From: an uncultured delta proteobacterium
GTDB taxonomy: Bacteria; Desulfobacterota; Syntrophobacteria; BM002
Length of the DNA: 64,000 nt
NCBI GenBank assembly: GCA_963712115.1
Contig: CAVQGX010000018.1
Coordinates: 95,127-159,126 of the forward strand
Reading direction: 5' to 3'
Positions 1 to 9,981 of this stretch are shown in pieces; the first letter of the stretch is position 1, and each line of letters starts with the position of its first letter. Made by a program: the position numbers and the translations under genes. The notes beneath the pieces were generated by a model. It did no database searches. It had not been told where the DNA came from and saw only the letters and a program-made list of their open reading frames with translations.

Positions 1-1
1 A

Positions 2-685
2 TACGGGGTTCCCATGATTATCCACCTTGCGGAGTCGCAGGATGAAGTAGATCAGGTTAAGAACCTATACCGAAAGTCACCAGTAATGCACCTGGAAAAG
101 CTGGGGCTTCTGGGGCCGCACCTTGTTGCCGACCACTGTGTTGTCCTTGAAGTTGAGGAGATGGACTTACTTGCCGAGAGAGGTGTAAAAGTTGTCCATA
201 ATCCCGAGAGTAATATGAAACTGGCTTCTGGTGTTGCACCAGCGGTTGAACTATTGGCTCGCGGTGTTGCAATGGGCCTGGGAACAGATGGCTGTGCCAG
301 TAACAATAACTTGGACATGTTGGCGGAAATGGACACCGCCGCCAAACTACACAAGGTTTACAGACTTGATCCCACTGTTATGGAGGCCAGGACGGTTACG
401 CACTTAGCCGTCAGAGGAGGCTCCAGAGTCTTGGGTGTGGAAGACAAAGTGGGTTGCCTCGAGCCTGGCAAAAAGGCTGACATCATTGGTTTGGACCTGG
501 ATAAGCCCCACCTGACTCCACTTTATAATATATATTCTCATGTTGTTTACGCAGCATCCGCCGCTGACGTTACACTGAGCATTATTAATGGCCGGGTAGT
601 GATGCGAAATCGTGAATTACTCACCTTGGATGTGGAACGGGTCATGGCTGAGGTTCGAGCTATCGCGAAGCAGATTAAGTCCTAG
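2..685 (+). CDS. Amidohydrolase, MTA/SAH deaminase (MtaD/DadD)-like; 5' partial
   Basis: IHLAES, HNPESNMKLASG, GLGTDGCASNNNLD and GKKADII motifs; frame stays open to the window edge. Confidence 0.85.
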   Translation, partial: YGVPMIIHLAESQDEVDQVKNLYRKSPVMHLEKLGLLGPHLVADHCVVLEVEEMDLLAERGVKVVHNPESNMKLASGVAPAVELLARGVAMGLGTDGCASNNNLDMLAEMDTAAKLHKVYRLDPTVMEARTVTHLAVRGGSRVLGVEDKVGCLEPGKKADIIGLDLDKPHLTPLYNIYSHVVYAASAADVTLSIINGRVVMRNRELLTLDVERVMAEVRAIAKQIKS

Positions 686-719
686 CGCAAAGCGGTTCAT
701 CAAGCATGCAGCGGGCAGC

Positions 720-880
720 AGAAGTCAGATGAGCAGAGGGCAGAGGACAGAGAGAAGATTTTAGATTGTAGATTGCGGATTTCGAATTTCGAATTTCGAA
801 ATTATTGAACTGCGATTTGAATGCTTTTTTCGATTTCAACGACTTGAACGACTTGCAACGCTTCTGAACGATCAACTGAA
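720..880. repeat. Low-complexity 7-mer/9-mer intergenic arrays
   Basis: cagaggg/cagagga, gattgta/gattgcg/atttcga and aacgacttg iterations. Confidence 0.6.
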
Positions 881-894
881 TTGCTAGAGCCCAG

Positions 895-2244
895 ATGATG
901 AAGCAGGACAAAGAGAACAAAACCAGGGCAGACTTACTTGTCACCGCAGACTATGTTCTGACCTTCAACCAAAAAAAGGCTGTTGTGGAAAAGGGCGCTG
1001 TAGCCATTAAGGGAGATCGTATTGCGGCCATTGGAGAAATTTCGAGTGTTGAGGAAAAAATCGAAGCAAAAGAGGTTTTAGACGCAGCCGGGTGTCTAAT
1101 TATGCCTGGACTTATAAATCTGCACACCCATGCGGCCATGACTTGCTTCAGGGGTTTAGCTGATGACCTGCCACTTCAGGAGTGGCTCCATGAACATATT
1201 TTCCCTGCCGAGGCAGCTTATATCACCGAAGAGACAGTATACTGGGCTACCTCACTTGCTGCGGTGGAGATGATCAAAAGTGGAACTACCACCTTTTGTG
1301 ACGGTTACTTCTACGAGGACGGTGCTGCCAGGGCGGTAGCTACCAGCGGTATCCGGGCGATTGTCGGCCAGGGGGTGGTAGATTTTCCCGCCCCCGGAGT
1401 TCCCGACCCTCGGATAAACGTGAAAGCGGCTGAGGCTTTCGTCTTAAGATGGCAAAACAAGTTGCCACGCCTCATTCCAAGTATTTTTTGCCATTCGGCC
1501 TACACCTGCTCACCTGAGACCTTGCTTGCAGCCAAGGCGATTTGTGCTGAGCATAAGACCCTTTTCCAAATTCACCTGGCGGAAAATCAGGCCGAGTTGG
1601 AAGAAACGCAGCGGCGTTATGGAAAGCGGCCTGTGGAGCATCTTCTGACACTGGGGCTTCTTGATGCGGATACCCTCTGCCATCATGCGGTGAGGGTAAA
1701 TGAGGAGGAGATAGAGTTGCTGGCCCAGAGCGGTGTGGGGATTTCACATAATCCCGAGAGCAATATGAAGCTGGCCTCAGGTGTAGCACCCCTGCCGAAA
1801 ATGCTCACCGCAGGAGTAAAAGTCGGCTTGGGAACTGATGGCTGCGCCAGTAACAATGACTTGGACCTGTTTCAAGAAATGGACACGGCTGCAAAGCTTC
1901 ACAAGGTCCACCAGGGTGATCCGTCACTGAGTTCGGCTGTCCAAATTGTCGAGATGGTGACTAAGGGTGGGGCTGCTGCTTTGGGGATGGCTGACATTCT
2001 TGGTTCACTAGAACCCGGAAAAAAAGCGGACCTGATTACCATCGACCTCAACCAGCCACATCTAACTCCAATGTACGAGCCTTGTTCCCACCTGGTTTAC
2101 GCGGCAAGAGGGGCTGATGTACGTGATGTGATTATTGACGGTCGAATGGTTATGCGCCAAAGGCAGCTTGTAGATATTGATGAACAGGAAATCATGGCAA
2201 AGGTGAGGGAGATAGCGGATAATATTCGCGGAGGGCAGCCATGA
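895..2244 (+). CDS. mtaD: Amidohydrolase, 5-methylthioadenosine/S-adenosylhomocysteine deaminase-like
   Basis: PGLINLHTHAAM metal motif, RGLADDLPLQEWL, IHLAE, HNPESNMKLASG, GTDGCASNNDLD. Confidence 0.85.
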   Translation: MMKQDKENKTRADLLVTADYVLTFNQKKAVVEKGAVAIKGDRIAAIGEISSVEEKIEAKEVLDAAGCLIMPGLINLHTHAAMTCFRGLADDLPLQEWLHEHIFPAEAAYITEETVYWATSLAAVEMIKSGTTTFCDGYFYEDGAARAVATSGIRAIVGQGVVDFPAPGVPDPRINVKAAEAFVLRWQNKLPRLIPSIFCHSAYTCSPETLLAAKAICAEHKTLFQIHLAENQAELEETQRRYGKRPVEHLLTLGLLDADTLCHHAVRVNEEEIELLAQSGVGISHNPESNMKLASGVAPLPKMLTAGVKVGLGTDGCASNNDLDLFQEMDTAAKLHKVHQGDPSLSSAVQIVEMVTKGGAAALGMADILGSLEPGKKADLITIDLNQPHLTPMYEPCSHLVYAARGADVRDVIIDGRMVMRQRQLVDIDEQEIMAKVREIADNIRGGQP

Positions 2245-2430
2245 GTCAGAGGTCAGAAGTCGGAGGTCATCAGGCAGTGTCGTTATCCGTTATTAGTTAT
2301 TTGTTATTCTGGAGATCTGTCAGCTATAAGCTGCCTTGACGATCTCAACGATTTGAACGACTTGGACGACATGCAACGATTTGACTAATTGACTAATTAA
2401 CGCTATGCGCTCTGCGCCTTGCGCTATGCG
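2244..2430. repeat. Low-complexity 7-mer/9-mer arrays
   Basis: gtcagag/gtcagaa/gtcggag, gttatcc/gttatta, aacgatttg and gcgctat iterations. Confidence 0.55.
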
Positions 2431-2445
2431 ACCCGGAGGATAGGC

Positions 2446-3381
2446 ATGCAAATTCTTATTTCTGGATCTTTGGCCTACGATCGAATAATGGATTTCCCTG
2501 GAAAGTTCTCTGACCACATCCTAGCCGATAAAATCCACATATTGAACGTTTGCTTCGTGGTTAATGGCTTAGCCGAGAAATTTGGCGGCACAGCGGGAAA
2601 TATCGCTTATACTTTGGCTCTGTTGGGAGAACGGCCACTTATTCTGGCTACAGCCGGGAACGATTTTGGCAAATACGAAGACTGGATGCGGCAGCATGAT
2701 CTTCCTCTAGAGGGAATTCGCCTCATTCCCGAGGAATTGACCGCTGGAGCTTACATCACCACTGATATGGCGGACAACCAGATAACCGGGTTCAATCCCG
2801 GGGCAATGAAGTATCCTTCCCTCTATGAGGTCGACCATGCCAAGCTCCTGGATAAACTTGCCATCGTGGCTCCTGGGAATGTTGAAGACATGGTTAACTA
2901 CAGCCTGAGTTACAAAGAACATAACATCCCCTATATCTTTGATCCGGGTCAGCAGATTACTTCCCTTTCGGCTGATCAGTTGACTGAGATAGTTAGCGGC
3001 TCAAAGCTGCTTATTGCCAACGACTATGAGCTGGAGCTGATTATGCAGAAGACGGGCCTGACAAAGGACGAACTCCTTAAGAGGACTGAGGTGATAATTT
3101 CGACTCTCGGCGAAAATGGTTCGCTTATCATAACGGTTCAAGGTGAAACAAGAATTGGCGTGGCCAAACCCTCCAAGGTTCTGGATCCCACCGGGGCCGG
3201 CGACGCCTACCGAGCCGGCTTAATCAAGGGCTTGGTCCTGGGAGAAGAGATTTTTGCTGCCGCCCGCATGGGAGCCACTTGCGCTAGTTATGCGGTTGAA
3301 TGCCAGGGCACTCAGGAGCATGCATTCACACAAGAGGAGTTTTGGAGCCGTTATAGGTCCAATTTTGCTCAAAGCGAATAG
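2446..3381 (+). CDS. PfkB-family carbohydrate/nucleoside kinase (adenosine kinase-like)
   Basis: GSLAYD, FGGTAGNIAY, DPGQQ, NDYE, DPTGAGDAYRAG; GGAGGA RBS before ATG 2446. Confidence 0.88.
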   Translation: MQILISGSLAYDRIMDFPGKFSDHILADKIHILNVCFVVNGLAEKFGGTAGNIAYTLALLGERPLILATAGNDFGKYEDWMRQHDLPLEGIRLIPEELTAGAYITTDMADNQITGFNPGAMKYPSLYEVDHAKLLDKLAIVAPGNVEDMVNYSLSYKEHNIPYIFDPGQQITSLSADQLTEIVSGSKLLIANDYELELIMQKTGLTKDELLKRTEVIISTLGENGSLIITVQGETRIGVAKPSKVLDPTGAGDAYRAGLIKGLVLGEEIFAAARMGATCASYAVECQGTQEHAFTQEEFWSRYRSNFAQSE

Positions 3382-3444
3382 GAGTGTTTGACAATACCTG
3401 GGCTAGATCTTAGGTTTTGATCCTCTAATTGAAAAGAGGTTTTT

Positions 3445-3960
3445 ATGTTGAAAGCATTAGCTAGGATTTTGAAAGTGCTCAATTCTGAAACTGATCCCAG
3501 CCAGATAAGTTTGGCCTTTTGTCTGGCGTTAATTACCGGGTTCACTCCCCTTTGGAGTCTCCACAATCTGATTGTCGTTCTTTTGGCTCTTATCATTCGG
3601 GTCAATCTTTCAACTTTTATTGTAGGCACAGTCGTTCTATCCGGGGTGGCTTACCTTTTGGACCCAATTTTCAGCTGGATAGGGGTGATCGTCCTGACTG
3701 CCGGCCCTTTCGAGTCCCTTTGGACCGCCCTCTATAATATTCCCCTCTTTCGTTTAGCGAAATTCAACAACTCAATCGTTATGGGAAGCCTGTTGGTTTC
3801 GCTGGCCCTCTTTTTACCCACTTTAATTTTGACGAACTTGGCCATAGGTCGCTACCGTGAGCACGTTCTGCAGTGGGTGCGGAAAAGTCGTGTTGTGGAA
3901 GCACTGACGGCTACCCGCTTCTACTCCCTCTACGAATCAGTATCGGGATGGGGGAGGTGA
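3445..3960 (+). CDS. TIGR03546-family membrane protein
   Basis: LNSETDPSQISLA start, FNNSIVMGS motif, hydrophobic; sits upstream of its usual TIGR03545 partner. Confidence 0.8.
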   Translation: MLKALARILKVLNSETDPSQISLAFCLALITGFTPLWSLHNLIVVLLALIIRVNLSTFIVGTVVLSGVAYLLDPIFSWIGVIVLTAGPFESLWTALYNIPLFRLAKFNNSIVMGSLLVSLALFLPTLILTNLAIGRYREHVLQWVRKSRVVEALTATRFYSLYESVSGWGR

Positions 3961-3963
3961 GCC

Positions 3964-6684
3964 ATGAGGAGATGGATCCGCTGGCAGGGGCTTGTCGCTT
4001 TCATCGTTGTTGTTGTGAGCATTTCTCTTCTGTGGTTTGTCTTTGCTGATATGGCAGCAGAGAAGATTATCGAGGGTGCAGGCACGCGAATTGTCGGCGC
4101 AAAAGTGGAGTTGGATGAGGCGGATGTCCAGCTTTTTCCCTTAGGTATCACTCTCAGAGGATTGCAGGTTACCAACCCACACGAGCCGATGAGCAATGCT
4201 GTTGAAATCGCCCGCATTGCCGGCCTCTTTGACTCCATTGAATTGCTCCGCCGCAAGGCGATCATCGAAGAGATGAGCATGGAAGGCGTGCGGTTTAACA
4301 CGGTTCGCAAGAGTTCCGGGGCTATAAGAGGCCGCAGCACAGCGGAGAAGTCAGAAAAGATATCCCTGAAAAGAATACTGGGTACCGACCTGCCATCATT
4401 CGTTCTGCCCAAAGCAGAGGAAATCCTGGCGAAGGAACAGCTGCAATCTGTAGAGCTGGCAAAAGCGCTCCAGGCAGAAATAAAAGGTGAACAAGAAAAG
4501 TGGACAAAGGAGCTTGCCGAACTTCCAGGTGAAGAGAGAATAAAAGAGTACGAGGATAGGATAGAAAAGCTCAAAGAGATGAGAAAAGGCGGGCCCGAGG
4601 CCATTTTGAGCGCTGCAGCCGAGTTCAAAAAACTCAAAGAAGATATAGAATTTGACCTGAATAAATTGAAAAAGGCGGAGCAGGATTTTAACTCAACCAT
4701 GAATTTATTTAAGGAGCGGCTGGCTCAGGCACAGCGTGCTCCCGTTGATGATGCTAAACGCTTAGCGTCCAAATATAGTCTTGATTCTAAGGGCCTGGCA
4801 AACCTGACTCGCCTACTCTTTGGACCGCGGATCGCCACCTGGCTGGAGCGGGGGCTTAGTTGGCATCAGCGACTTGAGCCTTTGTATGAGAGGGTCAAGA
4901 AAGAGCATGGTGGTGATGCTGAAGTGGTCAAACCCTTACGTGGTAAAGGACTTGAGGTTCGCTTTAGAGAGTACAAACCCCTGCCCGATTTTCTTATCCG
5001 TAAAGTCAAGGCCTCAGTGTCTACCCAAGGGGGAGACATGGAGGGCAGGATTGAAAATATAACCCCTGACCAGGATATCCTGGGAAAACCGCTTACCTTT
5101 TTGTTCTCAGGGGTAAAGCTAAGTCTTCTGCAGTCGTTCCGGGTGGATGGAACGCTTGATCATGTGTCTCGACTCACAGCCAGCGACAGGATCAATCTGA
5201 AATTGCGAGGCTATCAAGCTCAGCAACTGACCCTCACCGAAAGCGGTGCTTTCTCCGTGAAGCTGGCAAAAGGGCTTGCAGACCTTGACCTGAGTTCGAT
5301 CGTTAGCAACGGTGCCATTGATGCCGATTTTTCCGCGGCCCTGAAATCAGCGAAACTGGAGGTTAATACCCCGGGAGAATCAGGCCCAGTGGTCAGAGCA
5401 ATCAGCTCAGCCCTGGCGGGTGTGTCCAGCTTTTCTTTAGACGCTGAGGTGAGTGGAAACCTTGATGATTACACGATGAAGCTCTCCTCTGACCTAGACA
5501 GGATATTGAAGGCCAGTGTAAGTGCACAGCTCGAAAGCCAGATTGCCAAGTTAGAACAAGAGCTGAGGGCAGATATTTCTGAAAGATTGAGTGGTCCAAT
5601 TGAGCAAGCGAAACGCAGCCTTGGAGATTTTGCCCCCCTTGGTGATGAACTGGAAAAACGACTTCAAGATTTCATCTCACTGCAAAAGGAGGCCCTTTTT
5701 AAGACAACCATCAGGCGGCCTGCCAATGCCATGATAACCATTGGCTTTTCATCCCACCACGTCGAAGCACTACCGTTTATTCACCGCCAGATGGAGGGAC
5801 ACCAGGTTATCGTCCTCGAAGAGCCTCCTTCTCCCAACTTCCCCGGAATGTTAAAGGGCACCATTTCCATCGATAATTACATAATGGAACTTGATTCTGG
5901 TTTCCCGGAGTTCGGCCGTCAAATGTGCCTTCTGCTGAGGGAACTTCACCGAGGAGGAAAACTCATTATCCAGGTGGAGCCTTATCTTGAAAGGCTTTTG
6001 CAGATTCATGAGCTTTTGGCATCCGGAAAGACCGCGGAGGAAATAAGCCGGAGGCCTGAATTCTGGGAAGTCTATGAGGCTGAAAAAAGGGCAACTGGTG
6101 CCCTTATTTCCTACTATTCAGTTAGCACAGCTGGCGCTTTTTCAGCTGTGGTGGAAGCGGTCAAGGTCTTCGCCCGGGCGGATGCTCTTCGTCTCACCTT
6201 GAGAGAGCGGTTACGGGCAAAGGCTATCGGTTCCCTGTACAGGCCAGGCGAGACTATGTATGTGGAGGCCGGTTACATACACTACCCTATCTACCGCTAC
6301 TTGCGCCAAGAGATCGGCAAGGGGCCAGAGATCAAGGTAGTCTACCTTCTGGCCCCAGTGATTAAGAAGCTAAAGGGAAAAAGGCGCAATATGGGACCTG
6401 GAGATATTCTGACGCTCCACTACGTTTTCCATAACAATGTCAAAGAAGAGACGGCAGATCTTCTTGCTGCCCGCAGTCTGATTTACATAAAATTGATTGA
6501 AAAGGAGGAACTTCTTCCAGGAAAGTCCGGAGCCCCTCATATTGAGGATGAGATCGAGGTCAACAGGCTGGTGGATCGACTGGATTTCAATCAGTGTGGG
6601 GAGCTTTTCCAGCGAATCCGTTTGTCAAAGCGGCAACAGGCAGTTGAAATGGCCCAGGAGTATATGAAAAAAACTAGGCACTAA
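3964..6684 (+). CDS. TIGR03545-family (AsmA-like) protein, aa 1-580, read in frame into a separate 317-aa hypothetical domain (ATG 5731)
   Basis: IRWQGL start, N-terminal TM, coiled coil, PLRGKG..V.F...PDFLI motif; abrupt compositional change at MITIGFSSHH. Confidence 0.7.
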   Translation: MRRWIRWQGLVAFIVVVVSISLLWFVFADMAAEKIIEGAGTRIVGAKVELDEADVQLFPLGITLRGLQVTNPHEPMSNAVEIARIAGLFDSIELLRRKAIIEEMSMEGVRFNTVRKSSGAIRGRSTAEKSEKISLKRILGTDLPSFVLPKAEEILAKEQLQSVELAKALQAEIKGEQEKWTKELAELPGEERIKEYEDRIEKLKEMRKGGPEAILSAAAEFKKLKEDIEFDLNKLKKAEQDFNSTMNLFKERLAQAQRAPVDDAKRLASKYSLDSKGLANLTRLLFGPRIATWLERGLSWHQRLEPLYERVKKEHGGDAEVVKPLRGKGLEVRFREYKPLPDFLIRKVKASVSTQGGDMEGRIENITPDQDILGKPLTFLFSGVKLSLLQSFRVDGTLDHVSRLTASDRINLKLRGYQAQQLTLTESGAFSVKLAKGLADLDLSSIVSNGAIDADFSAALKSAKLEVNTPGESGPVVRAISSALAGVSSFSLDAEVSGNLDDYTMKLSSDLDRILKASVSAQLESQIAKLEQELRADISERLSGPIEQAKRSLGDFAPLGDELEKRLQDFISLQKEALFKTTIRRPANAMITIGFSSHHVEALPFIHRQMEGHQVIVLEEPPSPNFPGMLKGTISIDNYIMELDSGFPEFGRQMCLLLRELHRGGKLIIQVEPYLERLLQIHELLASGKTAEEISRRPEFWEVYEAEKRATGALISYYSVSTAGAFSAVVEAVKVFARADALRLTLRERLRAKAIGSLYRPGETMYVEAGYIHYPIYRYLRQEIGKGPEIKVVYLLAPVIKKLKGKRRNMGPGDILTLHYVFHNNVKEETADLLAARSLIYIKLIEKEELLPGKSGAPHIEDEIEVNRLVDRLDFNQCGELFQRIRLSKRQQAVEMAQEYMKKTRH

Positions 6685-6778
6685 GCACTAGACACTAGGC
6701 ACCGAGGATGGCATTATGGGCTTCTCTCGTCTCGCTCGTCTCGCCCGCCCTCCCTTCTCGCAGTCTTACATTTTCCAA

Positions 6779-6806
6779 TTGACAGACACGAACTCTGTGG
6801 TAAAGT
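6779..6806 (+). promoter_or_regulatory. sigma70-type promoter
   Basis: TTGACA (6779-6784), 16 bp spacer, TAAAGT (6801-6806) preceded by TGn. Confidence 0.55.
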
Positions 6807-6809
6807 AGC

Positions 6810-6893
6810 CGGTGAGTGGAGTTTCTATGCTCCACTCGGTGCCCCTCGCCCCCACCAGCCATCCGCGCTCGGTTTGGTGGGGGCATTTTTTTT
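6810..6893 (+). ncRNA. Candidate ~80-nt small RNA
   Basis: Lies between the promoter and an intrinsic terminator; hairpin GAGTGGAG/CTCCACTC, C-rich linker, terminator stem; no RBS-led ORF. Confidence 0.45.
6848..6893 (+). terminator. Intrinsic terminator
   Basis: GCCCCCACCA/TGGTGGGGGC 10-bp stem followed by A and T8. Confidence 0.8.
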
Positions 6894-6894
6894 A

Positions 6895-7086
6895 CTATTC
6901 AGCGCTCGAGTAGGTTCGCGTCCTCTCCAAACCGGGAATAACATAGTAAACCGGATCTCCTCTCCACAGCGAGAAGTAAGGTAGTCCGTCCTGATACCTC
7001 TCCAGGTCCTTGCATGAGTCAGCACATTGGTTTTTGCTCTCCTCAACGCGTTCGCATTCCAGGCAAGGGCTTCTGTCTTCTTCCAT
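6895..7086 (-). CDS. 63-aa Cys-rich small protein (CxxC-x9-CxxxC)
   Basis: Strong GGGGAGGT RBS before ATG; sigma54 promoter upstream. Confidence 0.7.
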   Translation of the reverse strand: MEEDRSPCLECERVEESKNQCADSCKDLERYQDGLPYFSLWRGDPVYYVIPGLERTRTYSSAE

Positions 7087-7152
7087 GATCCACCTCCCCG
7101 ATGCAAAACGTCCAATTCAATTTGAAGCAAAAACAAATTTTTAACTTTGTCA

Positions 7153-7168
7153 TGCAGGGGAAGTGCCA
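7153..7168 (-). promoter_or_regulatory. sigma54 -24/-12 promoter
   Basis: TGGCACTTCCCCTGCA (GG-N10-GC); AT-rich tract and GCCA-N4-TGGC/CCAAA repeats at about 7246-7295 as candidate enhancer. Confidence 0.7.
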
Positions 7169-7362
7169 AAAAATCCATAAATACAAAAAAATTTGTAAAT
7201 TCAGTGCATTATTCTCAGGCAGATCTACTAGGGTGCTCTCTTTGCTTGCCAAAACTGGCCATAAGGCCAAAAAACACTTTGGCAAAAGACCAAATAGCTA
7301 GCTTCCAGTGATTTCCTAGCCAAACGAGCCAAGAAATTTTGGGATAAATGTATTTCTATCCC

Positions 7363-7431
7363 CTGGATTCCCGCTTTCGCGGGAATGACGCCATTATAGT
7401 CTAGCCCGTCATCCCCATGCAGGCGGGGATA
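7363..7431. repeat. REP-like palindromic pair
   Basis: CTGGATTCCCGCTTTCGCGGGAATGACG followed by inverted CGTCATCCCCATGCAGGCGGGGAT. Confidence 0.7.
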
Positions 7432-7751
7432 TGGGTAGTGGCAAGACATCATAAGCAAAGTTATTGAGGATAAACATCCATAACATGATCCTGTGATTAG
7501 TTTCTTTGTCAGTTCAAGAGGACAATATTTAGTCACAAATGACAAAATGTGGCGGTGATGGCATCAAAATATAGTGACACCATAAATGGCGTGTACTATT
7601 GACTTTTCACCTTTTGATGATCAATATAACTGTGGTTTACAGGGATGTATTGGTTTATACTTTTATGACTACACGACTCTGCAAGTAGTATGTGTAGAGA
7701 TAAATAGTGCAGAAGCTGTCAATTGTTTTTAAAGAGCTAAGGATTTGTGAG

Positions 7752-9981
7752 ATGAAGCGATATTTTGAACGTTGGCTTGCTTTTTTTTTGAGCTGTATAG
7801 CTTTGCATATTTTGATGTATACAAGTGTTTTTGCGGGAGTTACTAACACCTGGCCCGGGGCTGAAGGCGGAACCGTCCAGGCCTTAGCAATTGATCCAAG
7901 TGTCAATACGACACTTTACGCCGGCACCAAATTTGGCGGGGTGTACAAGAGCACGACCAGCGCCGCTAGCTGGACTGCCGTCAACAATGGTTTGACCAAT
8001 TTCAATGTCCAAGCCCTGGCTATCAACCCTAACCCACCGAGTACTCTCTATGCTGGTACAGCCGGTGGCGGGGTGTTCAAGAGCACTGATAGTGGCGCCA
8101 CCTGGAAGTTGCTGACGATAGCACCGGTGACTTGACCGAACTCAATGTACAGGCTCTGGCTATTCGATACCCTCTGACCCCGTCTACGCTTTACGCCGGG
8201 ACTGGCGGTGGTGGGGTGTTCACGAGTACTAATAGTGGTGGCACTTGGACAGCTGTAAACAGCTGGTTTGACCAACATCTCAATGTACAGGCTCTGGCTA
8301 TTGATCCTCGACCCCATCTACCCTTTACGCCGGGACTGGCGGTGGTGGGGTGTTCACCAGTACTAATAGTGGTGGCACTTGGACAGCTGTTAACGGGGTA
8401 GCTCCTAATGACCTGACCGATCTCAATGTACAGGCTCTGGCTATTAACCCTCCGAGACAGCATACTACCCTTTACGCCGGGACTGGCGGTGGTGGGGTGT
8501 TCACCAGCACTAATAGTGGTGGCAGCTTGGACAGCTGTTAACGGGTTAGCTCCTAATGACCTGACCGATCTCAATGTACAGGCTCTGGCTATTAACCCCC
8601 AGACCCCGACTAGTACTTTACGCCGGTACTAACGGTGGTGGGGTATTCAGATCTCAGGATGGCGGTAGCACCTGGGCACTTAGGAGCGCCGGCTTACCAG
8701 GGATATCTATAAGTGTTCCTGTGGATGTGAGAGCACTTGTTAATTGATCCCGATTTCCCAACTACGCTTTACGCTGGATTGGATTCAGGCGGAGTTTACA
8801 AAACCTCGAATAGTGCAACCAATTGGTCTTCGAGCAACACCGGTCTTACCGCTTCGAGAACGCAAGCTCTGGTCGTCAATCCAGCCTCTACAAATACAAT
8901 TTATGTGGGAACGGATTCCAGAGGAGTATTCAGGAGTACTAATGGAGGTCAGGATTTCTCTCCCAGAAATCAGGGCATGCAAAATGACAACGTACAAGCC
9001 CTTAGCCATTGATTTTGGCAGCCCCAACATCCTTTATGCTGGCACGAGAGCAAGAGGAGTGTTGCAGAGTACAAATGGTGGCAATACCTGGAGTACGGTT
9101 AACATCAGCGCCTATGCCCACCAATGCTAACGTTCAGGCCATCGCCATTGAGCCTAATGACAGCGTACCGATTTATGCTGGTACAAATGGTGATGGAGTG
9201 TTTAAAAGCCCGGCGAGCACACCCCCTAATTGGTCTGATATCAGTGACGGCAACCTGACTAACACTTCCAATGTACAGGCTTTGGCCATAGATCCGAGCT
9301 CTACAAATACGTTTACGCTGGCACTCAAAGTGGCGGGGTCTTCAAAAGCGAAGATGCTGGTGACAGTTGGATCCCAAAGGATCAACGCGGCTTGGGGCCA
9401 ATTTGAATGTTCAGGCCCTTGCCATTGATCCTGATATCACCGGGACTATTTATGCAGGCACAAATGGGGGTGGGGTATTCAAGAGTACGGATGGCGGAAC
9501 TAGTTGGTCTGACAGCAATGACGCCAACCTGACCAACACTTCTAATGTGCAGACTCTTGCCATCGATTCTGTCGACACCGATATCATTTATGCCGGCACG
9601 GACGCGGCAGTCTTATTCATAAGCACTGATGGCGGTGCTAACTGGTCTGCTATTGGTGGCTCCATTTCCGGCGCCAATGTTCTGTCGCTGGCCGTAGATC
9701 CTGACACCACTACCACACTTTATGCGGGCACTGCGGGTGAAGGGTTTTTCAAGCTCACTGAGAGGGGAGAACCCAGCGGCAGTGGCGGCGGCGGTGGTGG
9801 GGGTTGTTTTATTGAATCAGCGGCCTATGGTTCTCCTATGAGCCGACAGGTTCAACTGGGTCACCTGGTGGCCACTATTCTTATTATTTTCGTTTCTATT
9901 ATGATTATGACTATTGCTTTGTTGTATCTCTTGAGAAGACTGCAATTGTGTGGGCTTGTTTTTGAAGAGAAGAAGCCATAA
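7752..9981 (+). pseudogene. Secreted BNR/Asp-box beta-propeller protein with CFI-box C-terminal sorting signal, split by many frameshifts
   Basis: Signal peptide; repeated VQALAIDP..TLYAGT.GGGVFKSTDGG..W blades spread over all three frames; ends GGGGGGCFIESAAYGS, TM helix, basic tail. Confidence 0.8.
8133..8645 (+). repeat. About 3.5 near-identical tandem repeats of ~140-150 bp (propeller blades)
   Basis: ctcaatgtacaggctctggctatt and tttacgccgg(g)act recur 4 times. Confidence 0.85.

Noticed and set aside
6810-6893. tRNA or SRP RNA
   Set aside because: No cloverleaf, T-loop or CCA end, and no SRP GGAA tetraloop helix
8133-8645. Regularly spaced repeats resembling a CRISPR array
   Set aside because: Units are ~145 bp, the intervening sequence is also conserved and encodes propeller blades; no cas genes
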